Source: Euryarchaeota archaeon UBA171 (GTDB lineage Archaea; Thermoplasmatota; Poseidoniia; Poseidoniales; Thalassarchaeaceae). From it: 64,000 bases of DNA. Positions 53,874 through 63,179 of this stretch are shown here, piece by piece. The number at the start of each line of letters is the position of its first letter. The first letter of the stretch is position 1. Below the pieces are notes generated by a model. It ran no database searches. It worked only from the letters and a program-made list of their open reading frames with translations, and was not told the DNA's origin. The stretch covers positions 11,909-75,908 of the forward strand of contig DANO01000018.1 of NCBI GenBank assembly GCA_002497295.1. The letters are read 5' to 3'. The translations under genes were made by a program, and so were the position numbers.

Positions 53874-55151
53874 GTGACCGATCAGAGAAGATATGACATC
53901 GATTGGCTCAGAGTCATTTTGTTTGGTCTTTTGATACCCTTCCATGTGGCCATAGGTGTGTATTGGTCCACATATGGAACTGAAATAAATCCGAATGTCG
54001 GAGAAATCGAAGAGCAAGATCGTTTAGAGTTCGCAGAAGCGAATAATGACTACAGTGCAGAGTCTGTTACCATGGAGAGCATGATACTCCATTGGATGCA
54101 CCAATGGAGGCTTGCAGCACTGTTCATGATTTCGGGGATGGGGACCGCTTTCGCATTTCGGAGGAGGGTCTGGAAGACCTTCCTAAAGGAGAGAGTCAAA
54201 CGTCTGCTCATCCCAATGTTCTTTGGAGCTTGGACTATGGGCTTCGCAGGACAACTAATCACCGGTGAAATCGATCTTAACTTGTCAGAAATGACCTCAG
54301 CTTTCCTCTTCGGCATAGTCTGGCGTTCGCTTTCCTTTTGGATCCCCGTCTTTGGAAAGTTAATTGCACTCGGTCATCTGTGGTTCCTGTGGAATCTTTT
54401 CCTCTACTCTCTGATCATGATCCCGGTTTTCAACTCAGTTCGAAATAACCCGGGAGGGCTACCTTCAAGGGCAATAAGGGCCATATTTTCCATAAAATTC
54501 AGTATTGGACCACTCTTGCTGATGCCTCTTATTTTGACGATATCAGAGATTGTATTCAAGCCCTTTTTCCCAGGTTTCATTGGAGTTGCATACGAGTGGT
54601 TTTGGTTCTTCATATTCTTCGCAATTGGATTCTCATGCATCGTTGCCAAGAAGGAATGGTACGAATTTCTCGAGACTCGAAGGACCCTCATAACTGTTCT
54701 AGCTTTACTCTGGACTCTTGCTTTCATATGGATTCGCCTTGAACAACATTCCACTGGAATCGCGTATGTCGATGGCGGCTGGTTGCTTGAGGAGCCACAC
54801 ATTCTCCACGATTCCACGACATTGGCTGCCTGCGTGATTCACAGTTTCCATGCATGGTTTTGGTGTCTTGCCGTGTTCGCTTGGGGCGCCCATCTGTTAA
54901 ATCGATCTAGTTTGCGATTGTCGTATCTTAATCAGGGGGTCTATCCGTTCTACATTGTGCACATGCCCCTCGTATTCGCAGGCCTCCGAATATCGTCTGA
55001 ACTGGGGCTCCGAGATATGTCCGCAGTCTTAGTAGCCACTGTATTCACGGTCTTCACTTGTTGGATATTCTTTGAGATTGTAAGAATCTCACGCTACTCA
55101 AGATTCCTCTTTGGCATCAAGGATAAGAAAACTCAATCCAGCGCACCATAA
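53874..55151 (+). CDS. Acyltransferase 3 family membrane protein (OpgC/OafA-like)
   Basis: N-terminal RYDIDWLRVILFGLLIPFHVA and about 10 TM helices, typical of Acyl_transf_3. GTG start. Confidence 0.75.
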   Translation: MTDQRRYDIDWLRVILFGLLIPFHVAIGVYWSTYGTEINPNVGEIEEQDRLEFAEANNDYSAESVTMESMILHWMHQWRLAALFMISGMGTAFAFRRRVWKTFLKERVKRLLIPMFFGAWTMGFAGQLITGEIDLNLSEMTSAFLFGIVWRSLSFWIPVFGKLIALGHLWFLWNLFLYSLIMIPVFNSVRNNPGGLPSRAIRAIFSIKFSIGPLLLMPLILTISEIVFKPFFPGFIGVAYEWFWFFIFFAIGFSCIVAKKEWYEFLETRRTLITVLALLWTLAFIWIRLEQHSTGIAYVDGGWLLEEPHILHDSTTLAACVIHSFHAWFWCLAVFAWGAHLLNRSSLRLSYLNQGVYPFYIVHMPLVFAGLRISSELGLRDMSAVLVATVFTVFTCWIFFEIVRISRYSRFLFGIKDKKTQSSAP

Positions 55152-55208
55152 TCGAGACCCACATTAGTGGTGGCAAGGCTTGATATCTCATATTAATGTC
55201 AGAATGAT

Positions 55209-55571
55209 ATGGATCCTTCAATCAATGTCCTTGGAACCACGTTGAAGACCTGTAACGCAGATCCGCTTACTGGGTGGTTCAGAGATGGTTGTTGCAATAC
55301 CGATTCAGGAGACAGAGGGATCCACACGGTGTGTGTTGTGGTCGATGAGGCGTTCCTGACGTTCAGTGCAAGCGCAGGGAACGATTTGACGACTCCGAGA
55401 CCAGATATGCAATTCCCTGGCCTAAAACCAGGGGATAGATGGTGCCTTTGTGCAAAAAGGTGGAAACAGGCACTCAGTGAGGGCTGCGCCCCTCCTGTGG
55501 ATTTGGAGGCTACACACCGCAAGACCCTCGATATAGTCGATCTATCCGTTTTGGAGATGCATGCTCTTTGA
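55209..55571 (+). CDS. DUF2237 family protein
   Basis: NVLGTTLKTCNADPLTGWFRDGCCNT......HTVC...FL.FS...GNDL.TP......PGLKPGDRWCLCA.RW matches the DUF2237 consensus as I recall it; 120 aa. Confidence 0.6.
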   Translation: MDPSINVLGTTLKTCNADPLTGWFRDGCCNTDSGDRGIHTVCVVVDEAFLTFSASAGNDLTTPRPDMQFPGLKPGDRWCLCAKRWKQALSEGCAPPVDLEATHRKTLDIVDLSVLEMHAL

Positions 55572-57068
55572 TCAGGGCGTCACTCTAGATCTGTCTCTCG
55601 GGAAAAGAACCACTTCTCTAACATTGCCGGCACCAGTCAGGACCATCAGTAGTCGAGCCACGCCAAGACCCCACCCAGCATGTGGCGGCGCGCCATATCG
55701 GAAACCGTCTGTGTAGAATGAGAAGTCATCGGGATCAAGATCCATATCTCTAAGATTCTGCTCAAGAATTTCCACACGATGCTCTCGCTGCCCGCCGCTA
55801 GTCATCTCATCCCGGCCGTAGTTCAGATCAAAACCACGACTTAGTTGACTGCCCGTGGATCCCATTTCCCCTTCTTTGTGGTGGATATAAAACGGTTTCA
55901 TCGACATAGGCCATCGGGGGATAAAGTGGAAACCAGGGTACTTGGAAGCAATAAGGTCGCAATGATGGCTCTCTATATCGTCGCCCCATTCGATATCTCC
56001 TCCTCCGTCTTTTACGATTTCTATGGCATCGTCGTAAGGTATTCTGGGGAATGGCAGTTCAGGGATCTCTACGATAACTGGCTCCATCCCCTGGGTGCCT
56101 CTGTAGGTATTGATGATGTCCACAAGATCTTGATCATCAGCTGCGACCCTACTCCATATTGAATGAATCATGCGTTCTAGTACGCCCATGACATCTTCAT
56201 CATCACACCATGCTGCCTCTATGTCAAAGGAGACGAACTCATTTAGATGACGATATGTATCATGTTTTTCAGCACGGAAAGCCGGCCCTATCTCAAAGAC
56301 ACGCTCAAGCCCTCCCAGAACTGCTAGTTGCTTGTACAGCTGGGGAGACTGGGAAAGGTATGCAGGGGTATCGAAGTACATCATGGGAAATAGATTCGTC
56401 CCCCCCTCACTCGCGCTAGCGATTATTTTCGGGCTATTCATTTCACTGAAACCCTCTTTGATTAGATGCTCTCTTCCATATTGAAGTACCTTCGAGCGAA
56501 GCTGAAACATCGCATTTACATGTGCTCTTCTGACATCGAGGTGGCGATTGTCCAGTCTAACGTCTAGGCCTACGTTGACATCATCAATAACCCCCACTGG
56601 AAGAGGTGCATCCGCAACAGCCAAAATTTCTGCAGAGGATACGCTTACCTCGTATTCCGGCGGAGGTGGTGAACTTCCTTCAGGAGTCTTCGGGGGTCTT
56701 TTTTTAGCCACAACTCCCGTAACTGATATTGTGGATTCTCGGCTTGAAGATTGAATTGATTCAAACACCGACTCGTCCATGGCATCCCTCTTCAGGAAAG
56801 CTTGGATTCTCCCGGTTCCATCTCGCAGCATTACGAAGCAGACACCTCCGCGACCTCGTACAGTTTCGGCATAACCTGCGAGTGTAACTTGTGAACCAAC
56901 CATGTCCCCGCCATTCGTTACAACCTGTCCGATAGTGTGGGAACGATATGCTGTGGGCAACCACTCGCTGCTGTCTCTCATACCCCTGGCGTGTCGGGGC
57001 TGGGTTTTGAAAGATATCGGGCCATGATGCCAAATGGTTGTACAAGCGAGACTATTCAGATTAATCAT
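55572..57068 (-). CDS. aspS: Aspartate--tRNA ligase, archaeal type
   Basis: OB-fold N-domain (VTLAGYAETVRGRGGVCFVMLRDGTGRIQAFL). Class II motifs FEIGPAFRAE (motif 2), GGQREH, and PPHAGWGLGVARL (motif 3). A Pro-rich insertion KKRPPKTPEGSSPPPPEYE is present. The first ATG overlaps the trmI stop (ATGA); the alternative start is MRDSSEW at 56981. Confidence 0.85.
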   Translation of the reverse strand: MINLNSLACTTIWHHGPISFKTQPRHARGMRDSSEWLPTAYRSHTIGQVVTNGGDMVGSQVTLAGYAETVRGRGGVCFVMLRDGTGRIQAFLKRDAMDESVFESIQSSSRESTISVTGVVAKKRPPKTPEGSSPPPPEYEVSVSSAEILAVADAPLPVGVIDDVNVGLDVRLDNRHLDVRRAHVNAMFQLRSKVLQYGREHLIKEGFSEMNSPKIIASASEGGTNLFPMMYFDTPAYLSQSPQLYKQLAVLGGLERVFEIGPAFRAEKHDTYRHLNEFVSFDIEAAWCDDEDVMGVLERMIHSIWSRVAADDQDLVDIINTYRGTQGMEPVIVEIPELPFPRIPYDDAIEIVKDGGGDIEWGDDIESHHCDLIASKYPGFHFIPRWPMSMKPFYIHHKEGEMGSTGSQLSRGFDLNYGRDEMTSGGQREHRVEILEQNLRDMDLDPDDFSFYTDGFRYGAPPHAGWGLGVARLLMVLTGAGNVREVVLFPRDRSRVTP

Positions 57069-57862
57069 TCTTCAGTAACAAGCTGTTCAGCGGCGATAAG
57101 GAGAAACGCCGTATGGCCTATTGGCTGGTTGCCGGGACGAACTCCCCCGCGACTCGCCTTAGACCAGCGACGCTCGATCACTTCCCCTGCCCATTCAATG
57201 TACAGACCCGCTGATTCGCAAGCCTCCCATGATTTCTCCAATTGTATGCTGGTCGGACAGTAGCACCCTAGCCGCCCACCCGGCCGAAGTAATTTCGAAA
57301 TGTCACTTACCACAGTCCACGGTTCTGCAAGATCCAATATGACAGCATCAAGATGATCTGTTAGAGCTGAAACTTCTTCCTTACAGGATGTGAGATCAGA
57401 CTCAAGAAGATGCCATTCGGGGAACTCTGGCAGAATATCTTTCAGTGTTTCCATGTTTTCACGCCCAACTGTGGCATGCTCTGGCCTATTTTCGACAGAT
57501 ATTAATTTCCCAGAACCCCCAATTACCGATGCTAAATGCATTGCGAGCCCAGCAGATCCGTGACCTCCTTCGAGAACTGTTGAACCCACGCTGATGCCCA
57601 TTCTAGATATCAGATAACCTGCATCCTTTGCAAGTATGACTTGCGCCCTGCGCTTCATGGCCCTCCTGGCTTCGGGAAGGCCCGGGTTGACAACTCTGAG
57701 AGTCTTCTGACCGATCACGAGAGAGTCGCCGGGTACAACGTCTCCAAGTGTATCGTCCACATTGAATCGCCCTAGCCCCCTTACGCGAACTTCCCCCGAT
57801 CCCCTTTGAAGCAAATAGGCCCTGCCATCGGATTCCACTAGGGCTAGCCACTCGCCGCTCAT
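57065..57862 (-). CDS. trmI: tRNA (adenine-N1)-methyltransferase TrmI/Trm61 (GCD14 family)
   Basis: N-terminal beta domain (DGRAYLLQRGSGEVRVRGLG), SAM motif VLEGGHGSAGLAMHLA, and DAVILDLAEPW. Confidence 0.75.
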   Translation of the reverse strand: MSGEWLALVESDGRAYLLQRGSGEVRVRGLGRFNVDDTLGDVVPGDSLVIGQKTLRVVNPGLPEARRAMKRRAQVILAKDAGYLISRMGISVGSTVLEGGHGSAGLAMHLASVIGGSGKLISVENRPEHATVGRENMETLKDILPEFPEWHLLESDLTSCKEEVSALTDHLDAVILDLAEPWTVVSDISKLLRPGGRLGCYCPTSIQLEKSWEACESAGLYIEWAGEVIERRWSKASRGGVRPGNQPIGHTAFLLIAAEQLVTEE

Positions 57863-57971
57863 TGTCTGCCGGGCACTGTTATGTGTTCAAGCACTTCCGG
57901 TCTCAAGTCAGAACACTGGAATACACCTAGGCAGGTTTCATTGATAACTCAGCACGTATCCCGGGGTTGGA

Positions 57972-60900
57972 ATGCACTCGAGAGATAGGCCGCTTACAAC
58001 GTCGGGCGCATTGATAATTATCCTACTAATTTCACTGTTCAGCCCGAGTCATTGGGCCGGTGAAGTGACTTCTGATGAGCTCACTGAGCCAGTGCCGATG
58101 ATGGAGGCAACAAGTCCAGGACATACTGTTTTCGGAGAATATGTTGGCGCGCATTGGTGCGGCCCTTGTATGAGCAGTGCGTCGCCATCGCTCGATAATC
58201 TGAAGACCTCCAACCCGGAAGACTTCACATACATTTCTTTCTTCGAATCAGCATCTGGCGGTTGGCCGAGTGATGGCCCAATCAACCGAATGAGCCATGT
58301 CACAGCCTCTTCATCCGGATATCCTACATTCTCGTTCGCCGATCAACAGTCTGGTGCTTGTTACAAGGTTGGAGCAGGCGGAACAAACTTCTACGATCCT
58401 GAATATTCGGCTGGAGGGTGCATGGACCTGTCTTCGAATGATTTCCAATTAAAATTGACAATGTCTCTGGATTCCACGACCAACGACGTTACTATAACGC
58501 TTGAATCGAAGTATGTGGGGGCACAGTCATCTGTAAACGTCTACGTTTATGGCGCGGTAACAGAGAAGATTGGAGCTGACTCATACGACAATGGTGTCAA
58601 ACCACATCACAACTGGAGGTCCTGGCTTCTCGATAGTACAAGTTCAGGTTTCCAGCAACTCACTCTTGACAAGAATGTCGCAGTCGAGCACACATGGGTC
58701 AAACCTGTTAACCTAGTTAGAACATCATCAGGATATTCTCAATGGGAAAATTTCTGGCCAGTATTCGCTTTGATGGACGGCCCCCACACAACATACAACC
58801 AGGTATATGCGGCAATCGATCCAGATATGGGCCCACTCGTCGATTTAGGCGTATCAAATTTCGGAGCAGATATCGATGGGGGCTATCCTGGGCTCATTCC
58901 CGGGGATTCAGTGTCCCTGTCTGTAACAGTTGAGAATAATGGTGCTGAAGACCACCCGGATGGGGCTGAACTGGTAATATCCTACATGGACGGACTGGAT
59001 CATGTAGAGATAGAACGCCATGATTTGCCATCCATGTACCCCGGCCAAACCATCACATTCCAGTCTACATTCGACTCATCAGTACTATCTTCGGTAGCAT
59101 CAGGAGCAGCCTCTCTCAGGGCTGCCCTCGAAGGCAGCGATTCAGATAGGGTCGATTTCAATGACAAGAATGAGATTTTCATTCCATATGACATGCCGCC
59201 TATAGCAACCAGACCAACGACAGTCGATGGCTCTGAAATATACCGTGGTGCTTCCCTGGATTTTGAACTATCAGCAATTGCAAATGATGCAGTGGATGAC
59301 ATTAGCACCATGACTGCTGAATTTGAGTACAGTCGTTCCGGGCAAAATGATTGGTCATCTGATTGGACAGATTGGGTTGGCCAGATGGGCGCGGGAGGCA
59401 ATCTCAAACTGATCCATTCCCTGCTTACTCCACTCGACGCTCCAACAGGAGACTATGATACGAGGGTCAAATGGACTGATGCACGAGGCCAATCAAGCGA
59501 GTGGCTGTCTACCGATTCTGCATTTGTGCTGAGGAATGCTATTCCTCAGGTGATATCTCCTATGGACCCCCTTCATGCCGGCATGCCCACCGTGAAGGTG
59601 GAGACGCAGGAGACCATCTCGTTGGAAGGGCTAGTATGGGACGCCGAGACACCCATCCCGACCTTGCAAATCGATAGTAACGCGCCACAGTTCAGAAGTT
59701 GGAACCCTGATACTGGGTCGGTAACTGTAGAATTTGACCGAATAATATACGATTCCACCGGCTCGCCAATTCCGCAGGGCCTGTTCATCACAATAAGCGA
59801 TGGAGAGGACTCCAATACCGGCACACTATTGTTCAATGTAATCGAGAATGGGGCGCCAAGATGGTCATCAATATCGCCACAATCGTTCGATGAAGGCGAA
59901 TCTGCAAGCCTAATCCTCACTCCTTTTCTTTCGGATACTAATGACGAGGGTGCACCCTCTAACCCATCTTTATTGAATCTCAAACTGGAGAGCGTCGAAC
60001 CACAGGAGTTCTTCGATGCGATCATTGTTGGGCATACCCTCTCTGTGAGTTCTGTGGACGAGGATTTCGTAGGAATAGCTACAGTAACGGTCAGTGCATC
60101 TGATGGAGATCAAACAACCGAGACCGCAGTCACTTTTGTCATAAACAACATCAATGACGCCCCAAGGATAGATGCTAGTGGAATCGGGAGCATGGTTGCC
60201 AAGGTCGGCAGTACAATGACAGTCTCATTGCCGATGCATGTTTCGGATGCAGATCATGAATTCAGCGAATTATGGATCGATGTCGATACATACGATGCCG
60301 GCTCCGCAACATATGACTTTGATACTGGTCTGATTACGATGAAATGGGATGAAGCAGGGACTGAACTAGTCACCATCACCGCCATTGATCCTATAGGCGA
60401 GTCTGTAACCCATATTATTGAGGTAGAAGTCGTAGACTCACTGCCCTTGACATGGGAATCGATAGGCACCCAGGGGGATATCAGCGCGTCTTTTGACACG
60501 ATGGACTACTCTACGAACCCTGTAGCCACAGTTACTGAGTTGACGAATCATGGCCTCACTAATGTTGAGATTAGATGGCAAGTATGCAATAGTCTGACAG
60601 GAGTGTGTACCGACATGGGGGCCGCCTTTGGATTTAGCCCGTTCACCGTCCAAGCGAATGAAGGTGTTGGGCTGAGAGTTGGCGACTACATCGGGCTTAC
60701 CGTAAACGCCGTAGACTCCTCAGGTTTTGATAGGAAATCCGAGATGCTCAAGACATACGCAGTAGAACCTTCCGACACAACTCAAGAGTCATCTGGCGAA
60801 GAAAAGTCGAATAGTGTATCGTCGTCCTCTTCGATGCCTTTGGTGGCGGGTGTGGCCGGCGTTCTAGCCCTGATAGGCGTCACAGCCTTCATGGTCGCCA

Positions 60901-61040
60901 CCCGTCGAAGAGAGCCTCAAGATTCTACATCTGTGTTGGCAGATGCACCCCTTCCATTGCCGCCTGAGGGGCTCCCAGAGGGGTGGACCATGGAGCAATG
61001 GCAGTACTATGGGCCAGAATACTTGCGCGGAGAACGTTGA
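57972..61040 (+). CDS. Anchored surface protein: N-terminal thioredoxin-fold (WCGPC) module, Ig/cadherin-like repeats, C-terminal TM anchor
   Basis: Signal peptide LIIILLISLFSPSHWAG. VFGEYVGAHWCGPCMSSASPSL...GYPTFSF follows the thioredoxin pattern (WCGPC at nt 58155-58169). Later beta-rich modules include the cadherin-like FVINNINDAPRID. The S-rich stalk and anchor MPLVAGVAGVLALIGVTAFMVA are followed by TRRRE. Confidence 0.75.
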   Translation: MHSRDRPLTTSGALIIILLISLFSPSHWAGEVTSDELTEPVPMMEATSPGHTVFGEYVGAHWCGPCMSSASPSLDNLKTSNPEDFTYISFFESASGGWPSDGPINRMSHVTASSSGYPTFSFADQQSGACYKVGAGGTNFYDPEYSAGGCMDLSSNDFQLKLTMSLDSTTNDVTITLESKYVGAQSSVNVYVYGAVTEKIGADSYDNGVKPHHNWRSWLLDSTSSGFQQLTLDKNVAVEHTWVKPVNLVRTSSGYSQWENFWPVFALMDGPHTTYNQVYAAIDPDMGPLVDLGVSNFGADIDGGYPGLIPGDSVSLSVTVENNGAEDHPDGAELVISYMDGLDHVEIERHDLPSMYPGQTITFQSTFDSSVLSSVASGAASLRAALEGSDSDRVDFNDKNEIFIPYDMPPIATRPTTVDGSEIYRGASLDFELSAIANDAVDDISTMTAEFEYSRSGQNDWSSDWTDWVGQMGAGGNLKLIHSLLTPLDAPTGDYDTRVKWTDARGQSSEWLSTDSAFVLRNAIPQVISPMDPLHAGMPTVKVETQETISLEGLVWDAETPIPTLQIDSNAPQFRSWNPDTGSVTVEFDRIIYDSTGSPIPQGLFITISDGEDSNTGTLLFNVIENGAPRWSSISPQSFDEGESASLILTPFLSDTNDEGAPSNPSLLNLKLESVEPQEFFDAIIVGHTLSVSSVDEDFVGIATVTVSASDGDQTTETAVTFVINNINDAPRIDASGIGSMVAKVGSTMTVSLPMHVSDADHEFSELWIDVDTYDAGSATYDFDTGLITMKWDEAGTELVTITAIDPIGESVTHIIEVEVVDSLPLTWESIGTQGDISASFDTMDYSTNPVATVTELTNHGLTNVEIRWQVCNSLTGVCTDMGAAFGFSPFTVQANEGVGLRVGDYIGLTVNAVDSSGFDRKSEMLKTYAVEPSDTTQESSGEEKSNSVSSSSSMPLVAGVAGVLALIGVTAFMVATRRREPQDSTSVLADAPLPLPPEGLPEGWTMEQWQYYGPEYLRGER

Positions 61041-61103
61041 ATTGGGTGGTAACGCACCTTCAAGAAGGACCGGTCAGAGGGAGAATAGAGGAGGCGGCAT
61101 AGT

Positions 61104-63131
61104 ATGACCGGCAAAGATTCTGTTCCAGATCCACTAGAAGACTGGGAAGAAGGCTCAGCATTCGGTGTTTCTGAGGACAAAGATCCCGTCTGCACCGCTC
61201 CTGTGGAAGAATGGGTCCTCGACCTTCCGATAGAATCCACTGTCGATGTACCTATTCCTGAAAGATTGGTGGACCAGGTAATCGGTCAAGACGCTGCCTC
61301 TATTGTAGTCAGAAAGGCCTCAGAACAGAGACGTCATGTGATTATGGTCGGGGAGCCAGGAACGGGCAAGTCGATGTTAGCCCGCTCAATGACCGAGTTC
61401 CTTCCGCTCGAACAACTCGAAGACGTCCTCGTTTACCGTAACGTGGAAGATGAGAATGAACCGAAGGTGAGGACCGTACCGGCAGGAAGAGGACACAAAA
61501 TAATCTCAGAACGTAAGGCTGCAATTCGTGCACAGAGGAAGAAAACGAATCAGATGCTGCTCTTGATCGCACTTGTGGTGGGTGCAGCATTGCTCCTTGC
61601 AACAATCCAAACTGGGGACATGCTGACATTCATATTCGGTTCCTTCCTCTTGATTTTCGGATACTTTTTCCTTAGGACGAGGTTGACTGCTGGCGACGAG
61701 TCCAATATCCCGAAGCTCCTGATTAAGCATGAACGCAGCGAAGAAGCGCCCTTCATAGATGCAACAGGAACATTATCTGGTGCACTTCTCGGCGATGTGA
61801 GGCACGATCCCTTCCAGTCTGGTGCTGATTTGGCCACGCCTGCCCACGAACGCGTCGAGCCCGGAGCCGTACACAGAGCCAACAAGGGAGTTCTGTACAT
61901 CGACGAGATACGCATGCTTCGGATGGAAGAGCAACAAGCACTCCTCGTGGCCATGCAGGAGAAGGCGCTCTCGATTAGTGGCCGTTCAGAGAGGTCTTCA
62001 GGAGCACTGACAAAATCAGAGCCCGTGCCCAGTGACTTCATACTCGTCGCAGCGGGCAACTTGGATAGCATCCAACAAATGCACCCTGCACTCAGAAGCC
62101 GAATCAGGGGATACGGATACGAGGTATACGTAAACACCGACATGAAGGACACAGAGAGGAACCGGCGTAAATTGGTCCGTTTCGTGGCCCAAGAAGTTCG
62201 TAATGAGGCAAAGAGAGATTCTGGCAGATCAATTCCACATTTCGACCGCGCAGCGATCGGGATGATTCTCAAAGAAGCACAGCGCAGAAGCGGCAGGAGA
62301 GGCAAGCTTTCACTAAGGCTGCGTGAACTTGGAGGGCTGATCAGGATAGCAGGAGACCTTGCATCCGAGGACAGCAGCCCACTCACGACCACGGTTCACG
62401 TCACCAGGGCGCGTGCAATTGCAAAACCGCTTGAGCAGCAAATCGCAGACAGGTACTTGGAGCGCCAGTCCGAATATGCGATGCTCGTTAATCGAGGCAA
62501 TAGGATCGGTAGAGTGAATGGCCTTGCAGTTCTGGGCGCAGACTCTGGGCTATCTGACTTCTCCGGCGTCGTTCTTCCTGTTGAAGCCATGGTCACGCCA
62601 TCACAAGGGAGAAGCGGGCAAGTTATCGCCACGGGTGGCCTCTCTGACCTCGCCAAGGAGTCGGTCACGAATATCAGTGCAGTGGTCAAGAAATTGACTG
62701 GTAAGGACATCAAGGATTATGACCTCCACGTGCAATTCCCAGGCACTCACAACGTCGATGGCGATTCAGCCTCAATCACTATGGCAACTGCCATAATATC
62801 GGCTTTCGAAGGCATCCCTATCGATCAGAATCTTGCAATGACCGGATCACTATCGGTACGCGGCGAGGTCTTACCAATAGGCGGCGTGTCTGCAAAAATA
62901 GAGGCGGCTGTGAAATCTGGAATCGAGAGGGTCATAATACCAAGGATGAATCTTCAGGACGTTCTAATCGATGAGAAATACGAGTCAATGGTGGAAATCA
63001 TCTCCGTTGACAGTCTAGATGAAGTTCTAGAACACGCTCTCGTTGGCGAGCAAGAGAAGGTTAGCCTCGTCGAGAGGCTAGCCAAGGTTATCGACACATT
63101 CTCTTCAGTATCCGATTCAACACTAGCTTGA
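61104..63131 (+). CDS. lonB: Archaeal membrane-bound Lon protease (LonB)
   Basis: Walker A GEPGTGKSMLA, two TM helices inserted in the AAA+ module (LLLIALVVGAALLLATI, FIFGSFLLIFGYFFL), Walker B VLYIDEI, and a protease domain with GDSASITMATAIISA and the catalytic Lys region (GGVSAKIEAA). Confidence 0.9.
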   Translation: MTGKDSVPDPLEDWEEGSAFGVSEDKDPVCTAPVEEWVLDLPIESTVDVPIPERLVDQVIGQDAASIVVRKASEQRRHVIMVGEPGTGKSMLARSMTEFLPLEQLEDVLVYRNVEDENEPKVRTVPAGRGHKIISERKAAIRAQRKKTNQMLLLIALVVGAALLLATIQTGDMLTFIFGSFLLIFGYFFLRTRLTAGDESNIPKLLIKHERSEEAPFIDATGTLSGALLGDVRHDPFQSGADLATPAHERVEPGAVHRANKGVLYIDEIRMLRMEEQQALLVAMQEKALSISGRSERSSGALTKSEPVPSDFILVAAGNLDSIQQMHPALRSRIRGYGYEVYVNTDMKDTERNRRKLVRFVAQEVRNEAKRDSGRSIPHFDRAAIGMILKEAQRRSGRRGKLSLRLRELGGLIRIAGDLASEDSSPLTTTVHVTRARAIAKPLEQQIADRYLERQSEYAMLVNRGNRIGRVNGLAVLGADSGLSDFSGVVLPVEAMVTPSQGRSGQVIATGGLSDLAKESVTNISAVVKKLTGKDIKDYDLHVQFPGTHNVDGDSASITMATAIISAFEGIPIDQNLAMTGSLSVRGEVLPIGGVSAKIEAAVKSGIERVIIPRMNLQDVLIDEKYESMVEIISVDSLDEVLEHALVGEQEKVSLVERLAKVIDTFSSVSDSTLA

Positions 63132-63179
63132 GAGTCAAGCACACTCAACTTGAAGACCCTTCCACCCTTCTTGTCGTTG

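Noticed and set aside
61550-62392. 280-aa minus-strand ORF inside lonB
   Set aside because: It lies entirely antisense to a gene with unambiguous Lon motifs. Its translation is Ser/Arg/Leu/Pro-rich low complexity with no motif, which is typical of a shadow ORF.
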